A DNA stretch of 64,000 bases from Mobula hypostoma (taxonomy: Eukaryota), in NCBI RefSeq assembly GCF_963921235.1, contig NC_086097.1, positions 29,638,001 to 29,702,000 of the forward strand, written 5' to 3'. Below are positions 52,401 through 63,269 of this stretch, in pieces. Both the position numbers and the translations under genes were made by a program. Positions within the stretch are counted from its first letter, which is position 1. Each line of letters starts with the position of its first letter. A model generated the notes under the pieces. The model was not told where the DNA came from. It saw only the letters and a program-made list of their open reading frames with translations, and did no database searches.

Positions 52401-54486
52401 TGTGCCGCCCTCCAGTGTTTCAGTTTGCTCACTGCCACCCTCCAGTGTTTCAGTTTGCTCAATGCCGCCCTCCAGTGTTTCAGTTTGCCCACTGCCGCCC
52501 TCCAGTGTTTCAGTTTGCTCAGTGCCGTCCTCCAGTGTTTCAGTTTGCTCACTGCAGAGCTCCAGTGTTTCTGTTTGCTCACTGCTGAGCTCCAGTGTTT
52601 CAGATTGCCCACTGCTGAACTCCAGTGTTTCGGTTTGCTCACTGCCACCCTCCAGTGTTTCAGTTTGCTCACTGCTGAGCTCCAGTGTTTCTGTTTGCTC
52701 ACTGCCGCCCTCCAGTGTTTCAGTTTGCTCAGTGCCGCCCTCCAGTGTTTCAGTTTGCTCAGTGCCGCCCTCCAGTGTTTCAGTTTGCTCACTGCCACCC
52801 TCCAGTGTTTTGGTTTGCTGACTGCCGCCCTCCAGTGTTTCTGTTTGCTCACTGCCGCCCTCCAGTGTTTCAGTTTGCTCACTGCCGCCCTCCAGTGTTT
52901 CAGTTTGCTGACTGCCACCCTCCAGTGTTTCCGTTTGCTCACTGCCGCCCTCCAGTGTTTCAGTTTGCTCACTGCTGCCCTCCAGTGTTTCAGTTTGCTC
53001 ACTGCCGCCCTCCAGTGTTTCAGTTTGCTCACTGCTGAGCTCCAGTGTTTCAGTTTGCTGTGCCGCCCTCCAGTGTTTCAGTTTGCTCACTGCCGCCCTC
53101 CAGTGTTTCAGTTTGCTCAATGCCGCCCTCCAGTGTTTCAGTTTGCCCACTGCCGCCCTCCAGTGTTTCAGTTTGCTCAGTGCCGTCCTCCAGTGTTTCA
53201 GTTTGCTCACTGCAGAGCTCCAGTGTTTCTGTTTGCTCACTGCTGAGCTCCAGTGTTTCAGATTGCTCACTGCTGAATTCCAGTGTTTCGGTTTGCTCAC
53301 TGCCACCCTCCAGTGTTTCAGTTTGCTCACTGCTGAGCTCCAGTGTTTCTGTTTGCTCACTGCCGCCCTCCAGTGTTTCAGTTGGCTCAGTGCCGCCATC
53401 CAGTGTTTCAGTTTGCTCAGTGCCGCCCTCCAGTGTTTCAGTTTGCTCACTGCCACCCTCCAGTGTTTTGGTTTGCTGACTGCCGCCCTCCAGTGTTTCT
53501 GTTTGCTCACTGCCGCCCTCCAGTGTTTCAGTTTGCTCACTGCCGCCCTCCAGTGTTTCAGTTTGCTGACTGCCACCCTCCAGTGTTTCCGTTTGCTCAC
53601 TGCCGCCCTCCAGTGTTTCAGTTTGCTCACTGCTGCCCTCCAGTGTTTCAGTTTGCTCAGTGCCATCCTCCAGTGTTTCAGTTTGCTCACTGCTGAGCTC
53701 CAGTGTTTCAGTTTGCTCACTGCCACCCTCCAGTGTTTCTGTTTGCTCACTGCCGCTCTCCAGTGTTTCAGTTTGCTCACTGCTGAGCGCCAGTGTTTCT
53801 GTTTGCTCACTGCCGCCCTCCAGTGTTTCAGTTTGCTCACTGCAGAGCTCCAGTGTTTCAGTTTGCTCACTGCAGAGCTCCAGTGTTTCTGTTTGCTCAC
53901 TGCTGAGCTCCAGTGTTTCTGTTTGCTCACTGCCACCCTCCAGTGTTTCTGTTTGCTCACTGCTGCCCTCCAGTGTTTTGGTTTGCTCACTGCCGCCCTC
54001 CAGTGTTTCTGTTTGCTCACTGCTGAGCTCCAGTGTTTCAGTTTGCTCACTGCTGAGCTCCAGTGTTTCGGTTTGCTCACTGCCGCCCTCCAGTGTTTCA
54101 GTTTGCTCACTGCTGAGTTCCAGTGTTTCTGTTTGCTCACTGCCGCCCTCCAGTGTATCAGTTTGCTCACTGCCGCCCTCCAGTGTTTCGGTTTGCTCAC
54201 TGCTGCCCTCCAGTGATTCAGTTTGCTCACTGCTGCCCTCCAGTGATTCAGTTTGCTCACTGCCACCCTCCAGTGTTTCAGTTTGCTCACTGCTGCCACC
54301 CAGTGTTTTGGTTTGCTCACTGCCACCCTCCAGTGTTTTGGTTTGCTCACTGCTGCCCTCCAGTGTTTCAGTTTGCTCACTGCCGCCCTCCAGTGTTTCG
54401 GTTTGCTCACTGCCGCCCTCCAGTGTTTCGGTTTGCTCACTGCCGCCCTCCAGTGTTTCAGTTTGCTCGCTGCTGAGCTCCAGTGC
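49464..54486. repeat. 30-bp minisatellite (ttgctcactgccgccctccagtgtttcagt)n, ~165-170 units
   Basis: Directly visible 30-bp periodicity with four 28-bp variant units. Confidence 0.98.
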
Positions 54487-55394
54487 TCCCCCAGTGGAAG
54501 AACAAGCTTGCCCAGGACAACATCCTATGCACCATCAGTCTACAGGCCGTACAATTGTGGAGTTGGGCTTTAGTTGTTTTTGTGACTGTATGTTTGCTGC
54601 TATCGTAACTATATGTGTTACGTACTGTGTGCTGTTGGTAATGTGTTTTGCACCTTGGCCCCAGATGAACAGTGTTTTGGTTACATTAATTTATGGTTGA
54701 AAGATAATTAAATTGAACTTGAAGAGATTATACAGCACAGAAACAGACCTTTTTGCTCAACTGGTATTGGTTTTGGCTTATTATTGTCACGTGTACCAAG
54801 ATACAGTGAAAAGCTTACACAGAGGTCTTTGATTATGCTGGCTACTTTACTGAGTCATTAAGAAGTATAGACAGAGTCCATAGAAGGGGGCTGGTTTCTG
54901 TGATGTTTAGAGCTGAGTCCACAACTCTCTGCACTTCCTCGTCCTCACGTGCAGACCAGTTGCTACACCAATACATGGTGCATCCAGACAATATGCTTTC
55001 TACGGTGCATCAATGAAGATTGATAAGAATCTATGTTAATATGCTGTGTATGTTGAGGTGTTGCTGAGTTCTCTGGTTCATGCCATCAACGTGGGATGGC
55101 CAGACAGGCAACTGGTGATGTTAACTGCTGTGAACTTGAAGCTCTCAACCTCAGCACCATTGATGTGGCCAGGAGCAGTGGCCCACTCTTGGGTCAGTGA
55201 CCAGTTCTTTTGTTTTGGTGAGAAAATGTGACTAACCACCACCATGCAGTGTGACTGAGAATCAGATCATTGGTTTTGAAAGCAGCATTGGGGAGCAATT
55301 GTTACTAGGCAGAAAGCTGCAAAAGACCAACCAGATTCCAAAGAGTATTTGCCTACAGATGTTCTTCAGCACGATGATGTCCAGTGAGTTATAC

Positions 55395-56060
55395 AGCATG
55401 CAAACAGGCCCTTTGGCCCAACTTGTCCATACTATCACAGCATGGAAACAGGCCCTTTGGGTCAATCAGCCCATGATAACCACTGTGCCAGGCCAGTTAG
55501 TCCCAATTTCCTGCATTTGGCCCAAATCCCTCCAAACCCCACCCCTCAATGTACCTGTCCAAGTGCTTGTTGAATTATACCATAGGACTTGCCTCAACCA
55601 CTTCCTCTGGCAGCTTGTTCCATATATCCACCACCCTCAGGTCCCTTTTAAATCTTTCCCCTCTGGCCCTAAATCTATGCCCCCTAGTTTTGGACTCCCA
55701 ATTCCTGGAGAAAAGACTGTTACTGTCCACTTTATCTATGGTTCTCCGAATCTTAAACTCCTCTATGAGGCCACCTCTCATTCTGCTCTGTTCCATGGAA
55801 TAAAGACCGAGCCTGGCCAACCCCTCCCTATTACTCAAAGTGTGGGGGTGAGGGAGCCCTGGCAATCTTTTCTGCACTCTCTCCAGCATTCCTTCCAGCT
55901 GCAACATGTCGTTGCTATAACTGGTGACAAAATGCACATAGTGCAGGCTCACCAACAAATTATAGAACTGCAACATAATGTCCCATCTCCTATACTCAGT
56001 GTATGTCCATCTCCTATAGAAATGTCCCACCTCCTATACTCAGTGCCCGTACCGATGAAG
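55395..56060 (-). mobile_element. CR1 LINE 3' fragment
   Basis: LERVQKRLPGL...RLGLYSMEQSRMRGGLIE...KTRGHRF motif. Confidence 0.75.
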
Positions 56061-56074
56061 GCAATTATACCAGA

Positions 56075-57190
56075 GCAACACATGCAAAATGCTGGAGGAG
56101 CTCAGCAGGTCAGGCATCATCGATGGAAATAAACAGTCAACATTTTGGGCCGAGACCCTTTTCGGGACTGGAAAGAAAGGGGGAAGCCATCAAAATAAAA
56201 AGGTGAGGAGGAGGGGAATGAGGACTATCTAGAAGGTGATAGGTGACGCCAGGTGGGTAGGAAAGGTAAATTGGGCTGGAGAGGAAGGAATCTGTTAGGA
56301 GAGGAGAGTGGAGCATGAAAGAGAGGGAAGGAGGAGGGGCACCAGTGGAGGTAATAGCAAGTGAGGCCCAAATCGAGAATTAAAGAAGAGGGAAGGAGAG
56401 GAAAAAGATTCTTACCAGAAGAAGAAATCGATGTTTATGTCATCAGGTTGGAGGCTGCCTGGATGGAAAATGAGGTGCTGCTCCTCCAGCATTCCTTCCA
56501 GGGGTCTCATCGTGTCATAAGAGGGAGCCATGGACTGGCATGTCAGAGTGGGAATGGGAAAGGGAATCAATATGGTCGGCCATCAGTAAAGTCTGCTTTT
56601 GGTGGATGGAGTGGAGGTGTTCGACAAATCAGCACCCCCCATCCCAATTTTTTGCAGGTCTCACCAATGTAGAGGAGGCCAATCAGGAGCAATGGATACA
56701 ATGGGCACCCCCAAAAGGTTCAAAGGTGAAGTATTGCCTCACCTGGAAGGACTGTTTTGGGCCCTGAATGGAGATGAGGGAGGAGGTGAATGGGCAGGTG
56801 CAGTACTTAGGCCACTTGCAGGGATAATTGCCGGGAGGGACATTAGTGGGGAGGGTTGAATGGACAAAGGAATCATGGAGGGAGTGATCCCTGTGGAAAG
56901 CAGAGTGTTGGGGGGGGTGGAGGGAGGCAAGTATGTGTTTGGTGGTAGGATCCTTTGGAGATGGTGGAAGTTGCAGAGAATGGCGTGGTAGGTTAGGGTT
57001 CATGGGGTGGTAGGTTAGGGTTCATGGGGTGGTAGGTTAGGACAAGAGGAACTCTATCCCCGTTAAGGTGGTGGGAAGATGGGGTGAGGGCGGCTGGCCA
57101 GGAAATGGAGGAGATGCGGGTGAGGGCAGTATCAATGGTAGAGGAAATGAAACCCCATTCTTTGAAGAAGGAGAACATCAGTCCAAAGAG
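56075..57190 (-). mobile_element. Decayed Penelope-like element fragment
   Basis: DRVPLVLTYHP, PGNYPCKWPKYCTCPFTSS...QGPKQSFQVRQYFT; degenerate hammerhead near 56133-56170. Confidence 0.8.
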
Positions 57191-57579
57191 AAAAGCCCCA
57201 GACAGGACAGATGGGAAGGCTAGAGTGAGTAAATTTGCTGGGCCAGAAGGTATGACTTGTAGGGCACTCAAGGAGATGGGGTGGTGAGAGTGCCAGGACC
57301 TGCCATAATATTCCAATGTAGGAAGATGAGCTTGAGGACTGGAAAGCGAAAAATATGATACCTTTGATGAAGGAAAGGTGTGTGGACATGGCTAGTAACT
57401 GCAGCTGCCCAAGTGACATGCGGTGTGGGAAATCTTTATGAAATAATCAGATTAAATATTCATAAGCAATAGGGCAGCTCCAAGTTAATGATGGAGAGAT
57501 GGCATAAATCTGTAAAAGGCAGATTGTGTTTGTCTTGTCAGGAGTTATTTGAAGACCTAAACTAGGAGGCTCATGAGGT

Positions 57580-60485
57580 GACACTGGGAGTGTGTTATGG
57601 GACAGTGTGGAGGGAGCTTCACTCTGTGTCTGACCCCGGAAGTGTGTGATAGGAAGGTGTAGAGGGAGTTTCACTCTGTGTCTGACCCTGAGAGTGTGTG
57701 ATGGGACAATGTGGAGGGAGCTTCACTCTGTGTCTGACCCCAGGAGTATGCGATGGGACAGTGTGGAGGGAGCTTCACTCTGTGTCTGACCCCAAGAGTG
57801 TGTGATGGGACAGTGTGGAGGGAGCTTCACTCTGAGTCTGACCCCGGGAGTGTGTGATGGGACAGTGTGGAGGGAGCTTCACTCTGTGTCTGACCCCGGG
57901 AGTGTGTGATGGGACAATGTGGAGGGAGCTTCACTCTGTGTCTGACCCCGGGAGTGTGTGATGGGACAGTGTGGAGGGAGCTTCACTCTGTGTCTGACCC
58001 CAAGAGTGTGTGATGGGACAGTGTGGAGGGAGCTTCACTCTGAGTCTGACCCCGGGAGTGTGTGATGGGACAGTGTGGAGGGAGCTTCACTCTGTGTCTG
58101 ACCCCGGGAGTGTGTGATGGGATAATGTGGAGGGAGCTTCACTCTGTGTCTGACCCCGGGAGTGTGTGATGGGACAGTGTGGAGGGAGCTTCACTCTGAG
58201 TCTGACCCCGGGAGTGTGTGATGGGACAGTGTGGAGGGAGCTTCACTCTGTGTCTGACCCCGGGAGTGTGTGATGGGATAATGTGGAGGGAGCTTCACTC
58301 TGTGTCTGACCCCGGGAGTGTGTGATGGGACAGTGTGGAGGGAGCTTCACTCTGTATCTGATCCCAGGAGTGTGTGATAGGAAGGTGTAAAGGGAGTTTC
58401 ACTCTGTGTCTGACACTGAGAGTGTGTTATGGGACAGTGTGGAGGGTGCTTCACTCTGTGTCTGACCCCAGGAGTGTGTGATGGGACAGTGTGGAGGGAG
58501 CTTCACTCTGTGTCTGACCCCAGGAGTGTGTGATGGGACAGTGTGGAGGGAGCTTCACTCTGTGTCTGACCCCGGGAGTGTGTGATGGGACAGTGCGGAG
58601 GGAGCTTCATTCTGTATCTGACCTCAGGAGTGTGTTATGAGACAGTGTGGAGGGAGCTTCACTCTGTGTCTGACCCCAAGAGTGTGTGATGGGACAGTGT
58701 GGAGGGAGCTTCACTCTGTGTCTGACCCCAGGAGTGTGTGATAGGACAGTGTGGAGGGAGCTTCACTCTGTGTCTGACCCCAGGAGTGTGTGATAGGACA
58801 GTGTGGAGGGAGCTTCACTCTGTGTCTGACCCTGAGAGTACAATGGGACAGTGTGGAGGGAGCTTCATTCTGTATCTGACCTCAGGAGTGTGTTATGAGA
58901 CAGTGTGGAGGGAGCTTCACTCTGTGTCTGACCCCGGGAGTGTGTGATGGGACAGTGTGGAGGGAGCTTCACTCTGTGTCTGACCCTGAGAGTGTGTGAT
59001 AGGAAGGTGTAAAGGGAGTTTCACTCTGTGTCTGACCCTGAGAGTGTGTGATGGGACAGTGTGGAGGGAACTTCACTCTGTGTCTGACCCCGGGAGTGTG
59101 TGATGGGACAGTGTGGAGGGTGCTTCACTCTGTGTCTGACCCCGGGAGTGTGTGATGGGACAGTGTGGAGGGAGCTTCACTCTGTGTCTGACCCCGGGAG
59201 TGTGTGATGGGACAGTGTGGAGGGAGCTTCACTCTGTGTCTGACCCCAGGAGTGTGTGATGGGACAGTGTGGAGGGAGCTTCACTCTGTGTCTGACCCCA
59301 GGAGTGTGTGATAGGACAGTGTGGAGGGAGCTTCACTCTGTGTCTGACCCCAGTGTGTGTGACGGAATGGTGTTGAGGTAGTTTCACTCTGTGTCTGATC
59401 CCAGGAGTGTGTGATAGGACAGTGTGGAGGGAGCTTCACTCTGTGTCTGACCCTGAGAGTGTGTGATGGGACAGTGTGGAGGGAGTTTCACTCTGTGTCT
59501 GACCCCGGAGTGTGTGATGGGACAGTGCGGAGGGAGCTTCACTCTGTGTCTGACCCCGGGAGTGTGTGATGGGACAGTGTGGAGGGAGCTTCACTCTGTG
59601 TCTGACCCTGAGAGTGTGTGATGGGACAGTGTGGAGGGAGTTTCACTCTGTGTCTGACCCCGGAGTGTGTGATGGGACAGTGCGGAGGGAGCTTCACTCT
59701 GTGTCTGACCCCGGGAGTGTGTGATGGGACAGTGTGGAGGGAGCTTCACTCTGTGTCTGACCCCAGTGTGTGATAGGAAGGTGTAGAAGGAGTTTCACTC
59801 TGTGTCTGACCCCGGGAGTGTGTGATGGGACAGTGTGGAGGGAGCTTCATTCTGTGACTGACCCTGAGAGTGTGTGATGGGACAGTGTGGAGGGAGCTTC
59901 ACTCTGTGTCTGACCCCGGGAGTGTGTGACGGAATGGTGTTGAGGTAGTTTCATTCTGTGTCTGACCCCAGTGTGTGTGACGGAATGGTGTTGAGGTAGT
60001 TTCATTCTGTGTCTGACCCCAGTGTGTGTGATGGAATGGTGTTGAGGTAGTTTCATTCTGTGTCTGACCTCAGGAGTGTGTGATGGGACAGTGTGGAGGG
60101 AGCTTCATTCTGTGACTGACCCTGAGAGTGTGTGATGGGACAGTGTGGAGGGAGCTTCACTCTGTGTCTGACCCCGGGAGTGTGTGACGGAATGGTGTTG
60201 AGGTAGTTTCATTCTGTGTCTGACCCCAGTGTGTGTGACGGAATGGTGTTGAGGTAGTTTCATTCTGTGTCTGACCCCAGTGTGTGTGATGGAATGGTGT
60301 TGAGGTAGTTTCATTCTGTGTCTGACCTCAGGAGTGTGTGATGGGACAGTGTGGAGGGAGCTTCATTCTGTGACTGACCCCGGGAGTGTGTGATGGGACA
60401 GTGTGGAGGGAGCTTCATTCTGTGACTGACCCTGAGAGTGTGTGATGGGACAGTGTGGAGGGAGCTTCACTCTGTGTCTGACCCC
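57580..60485. repeat. 52/51-bp satellite (gggagtgtgtgatgggacagtgtggagggagcttcactctgtgtctgacccc)n, left arm, ~56 units
   Basis: Directly visible periodicity. Confidence 0.98.
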
Positions 60486-60494
60486 TTTTTTTTT

Positions 60495-60675
60495 GGCTCA
60501 TGTAGACCCCGCCCTGCCACTCCAGGAGCCAAGCAGACTCGTCCCCAGGGATGGTATGGGTTTCCTGCAGGAAACTCACCGTATACCGCCCATCCCTGAG
60601 GACTGAGAGATTGTTATGCCTGCGAAGTGGACCCCTGCTGCCGTTTACATTGAGACTAGCTATGGTAAGCTTCAT
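60495..60675 (-). pseudogene. Truncated ORF2: N-terminus of an APE-type endonuclease
   Basis: MKLTIASLNVNG...SFLQETH are the first two conserved APE motifs; the sequence runs into poly(A) after ...GGVYMS. Confidence 0.9.
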
Positions 60676-60687
60676 GGCGGGAGCACA

Positions 60688-62742
60688 CTAGGTCTCAGCA
60701 GCTACGCCCATTTCGGTGAGAGCGGAGGCGCCTTCCACCACACTGTCCGGAAAGAAAGCAAGGATACCTTTTGCTTTCCGGGCTCGAGCGGTACCAGCAA
60801 CACCCTGTGACCCACCATCCCCCGTAGGAGCGAGGCTGCTTCTCCCTCTGATGTCCCTTACTAGGTCATCCAGGAAAGATTTTAGTTGCCGTCTGTCGTT
60901 CCCCACCACCGCATTCCTCTTTCCCTTTCCCTTTCGTCTGAGGATGACTCGCAGGGACCTCACCAGCCTCGGCATGCTGGGCCAGCGAAGCGAGGCTAGC
61001 TGAGGCCGGTGCTTGGCACCCTCAGAGGTGAGAATGAAATGCTTAATTTCCTCTACAGGTATCAAAGGGGATTTCTCAGGAGGGGTGAGGATGTCCATTG
61101 TTTCACTATCGAAAGAGTCCCCCTCCAACCCGTCACTGCAGACAGAATCCCCATCGGCCTCCCCGCATGTTCCAATAGATGGCTGCGCCTGCGACCCACA
61201 CCGCGCAGCGGGCACCTCGCTCTTACCTGCCCGCTCCACCGTCGCATCAGCCTCATCCACATTTGCGACAGTGGAGAGACAATCCCCAGGGACTCCCTGC
61301 AAGTCATTTATTGCTGGGGTCGATGTGCACAGAATATCGTCCTCCCTAGGGGGCAGGCATAGAGGGGAACCCGGCACCTTTGGTCCAAGGGATTCATAAG
61401 CCGCCTGGTGCTGAGAATGAGAGAGCTTTGCCTCGTCTCCTCTTACACTATTCGGTACACTGGCCTCCAGAGAGGCGCTGACTTGTAGGTCCTGGGTGGA
61501 GGCTTCCAGGGCTGCCTCATTTGTGCAAACAGGCCTATCACAAGCTTTTTGCACAACCACACCATCTACCCCAGGACTGGTGGCTACATCTGAGGACTCA
61601 GGTTTAGAACCAACCCCTACCCGGATTCCCACCCCTTCCTGGGACTCCCCCGCATCTACATCCCCTGCCCTCTTGCGGGAACGTTCCCTTCTCCTCTTCA
61701 CGCTGGAGGAGCACACAGGTGCAGGCTTCACCGATGGGGCGGCGCCTTCTGTTTCCATCGCCCCGTCTGCTTGCGCACCTCCCCGAGCCCCACGCTCCAC
61801 TTCAGACGAAATGGGTGTGAGCTCTGCGGCCTCAAAGGCCCGCTTCTTACTATGTTTGGATTTCCCCTTTGCCTTCTTACTCCGCACAGACTCCACCCCG
61901 TCCCCCACCTGAACTACAGGGAGAGGAGCAGGGACCGACCCAACCGTAGAAGTAGGGACAGGGGTAGGGGTAGGGGCAGGGTGAGGGGCTGGGGCAGGAT
62001 CACGGGCGGGGGCAGGGTCAGATGCAGGTGCAGGCGCACGCGCAGGAGTAGGATCAGGGGCAGAGGTAGCTGCGGCACTGGTGCCCGAAGTGGGCTCCCT
62101 CGGGTTCCGGGCGGCAGGACAGTCCCTCCGAAAGTGCCCCACCTCCCTGCACGCATGGCACCGTGGGCGCTCGGAGCTCCAGTACACCTGATAATCTACT
62201 CCCTCGTGCCGGACAGTAAAGCGGCCCTCAACATCGTCCTCCCTTTCCAGCTGCATGAAAACCTGACGCCGGAAAGAGATTACGGTGCGGAGGGTGCGTC
62301 TCTTAAATTTGTGTCGGATGGCAGTAATCTCCGACCTTACTTGCCCTAAACGGGCCAGTGGGGGAAGCAAGTCCTCATTTGGAATGAAAGGCTTAACATG
62401 CCCAAGCACGATACGTTGCGTGGGGGCCGTCACCAGCTCCATAGGTAAAAAGATGTTGTCCACCGTGACTCCCCTGCTTAGGGCCCGGTGCACTAGCTCT
62501 TCATTCACCAGATAGAACACCGCCTTTCCGAACTCCTTCTCGGTGGCCAGAATACCACCTTTCCCCACAAGGTCCTCCATTGCCTCCGTACACTTTTCTA
62601 GTGTCATTCCAGGGCGCAAAATACATTGCACCCCACGTTCCACCTTCACCGACCGAAACAGGGCGTTGTCCGAGGCCGGGGAGGCAGCCGCCCTTGCGTA
62701 ACTCCCCGAAGGCCCGCGACTCCCTGGAGACCGGTCCGGCAT
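60688..62742 (-). CDS. Tx1-type ORF1 (gag-like nucleic-acid-binding protein, 684 aa) with CCHC zinc knuckle
   Basis: ATG-to-stop ORF; SYARAA N-terminal motif; CHACREVGHFRRDC = CX2CX4HX4C; Pro/Ala-rich linker; ORF2 starts 12 nt after its stop. Confidence 0.9.
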   Translation of the reverse strand: MPDRSPGSRGPSGSYARAAASPASDNALFRSVKVERGVQCILRPGMTLEKCTEAMEDLVGKGGILATEKEFGKAVFYLVNEELVHRALSRGVTVDNIFLPMELVTAPTQRIVLGHVKPFIPNEDLLPPLARLGQVRSEITAIRHKFKRRTLRTVISFRRQVFMQLEREDDVEGRFTVRHEGVDYQVYWSSERPRCHACREVGHFRRDCPAARNPREPTSGTSAAATSAPDPTPARAPAPASDPAPARDPAPAPHPAPTPTPVPTSTVGSVPAPLPVVQVGDGVESVRSKKAKGKSKHSKKRAFEAAELTPISSEVERGARGGAQADGAMETEGAAPSVKPAPVCSSSVKRRRERSRKRAGDVDAGESQEGVGIRVGVGSKPESSDVATSPGVDGVVVQKACDRPVCTNEAALEASTQDLQVSASLEASVPNSVRGDEAKLSHSQHQAAYESLGPKVPGSPLCLPPREDDILCTSTPAINDLQGVPGDCLSTVANVDEADATVERAGKSEVPAARCGSQAQPSIGTCGEADGDSVCSDGLEGDSFDSETMDILTPPEKSPLIPVEEIKHFILTSEGAKHRPQLASLRWPSMPRLVRSLRVILRRKGKGKRNAVVGNDRRQLKSFLDDLVRDIRGRSSLAPTGDGGSQGVAGTARARKAKGILAFFPDSVVEGASALTEMGVAAET

Positions 62743-63269
62743 GCTGGCGCTCTTTCCAGTCCGAGAATCCTACAGCGCTGTCGATTAGAAGTCCTGGAGC
62801 GAAACGAGTAACTGGCCGGGAAAGTTTGCAGTCGACAGTTCCTCGCTGGCTCGGCGCCAGTAAAGGCTCCGTCGGACTTGCAGAGACCCAGGCCGGGAGA
62901 GGCCGAAACGTCCTTCCAGATGCTCCGGCACCGGCACCGGCACCGACACCGGACGAAAAATCAGGAAAACAATGGAGGAGGAACTTTGCCCCGATGTCAA
63001 TGGGGGGAAAACGACGGCGTTTGCCTCCGGTTTTGGAGCGAACCGGCTTACTGGCGAGTTGCCAGCGGCCGCAGCTGGGAGCTACGCAGTAAGCAGCCGC
63101 CAACAAACCCAGTCCAAACCGGCAGCAAAAACTCCACACCGAGCTTCCACGCCAACGCCGTCACTCACTCAGTTGTCCAAGAGACTTTTAGAGCCACCTC
63201 CAAAGTATTCCACGAACTTTATCCAGTAGTTTTCCTTCGATTTCTCCCAGCTCAGTCAGCACAGCTCCT

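Larger units (their letters stand above)
60486..63269 (-). mobile_element. Young Tx1-clade non-LTR retrotransposon: 5' UTR, intact ORF1, first 181 nt of ORF2, poly(A); 16-bp TSD
   Basis: TSD ctctgtgtctgacccc at 60470-60485 and 63270-63285; A9 tail (T9 at 60486-60494); CpG-rich body with no disablements. Confidence 0.92.

Noticed and set aside
49464..54486. CRISPR-like appearance of ~30-bp repeats
   Set aside because: Units are contiguous with no unique spacers, there are no cas genes, and the context is eukaryotic.
49325..54700. Many long ORFs (up to 719 aa; HCRPPVFQFA, EQTETLEGGS and SKLKHWRAAV repeats)
   Set aside because: The 30-bp unit is a multiple of 3 and stop-free in most frames on both strands. 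The 28-bp variants shift frame freely, so there is no sign of coding constraint.
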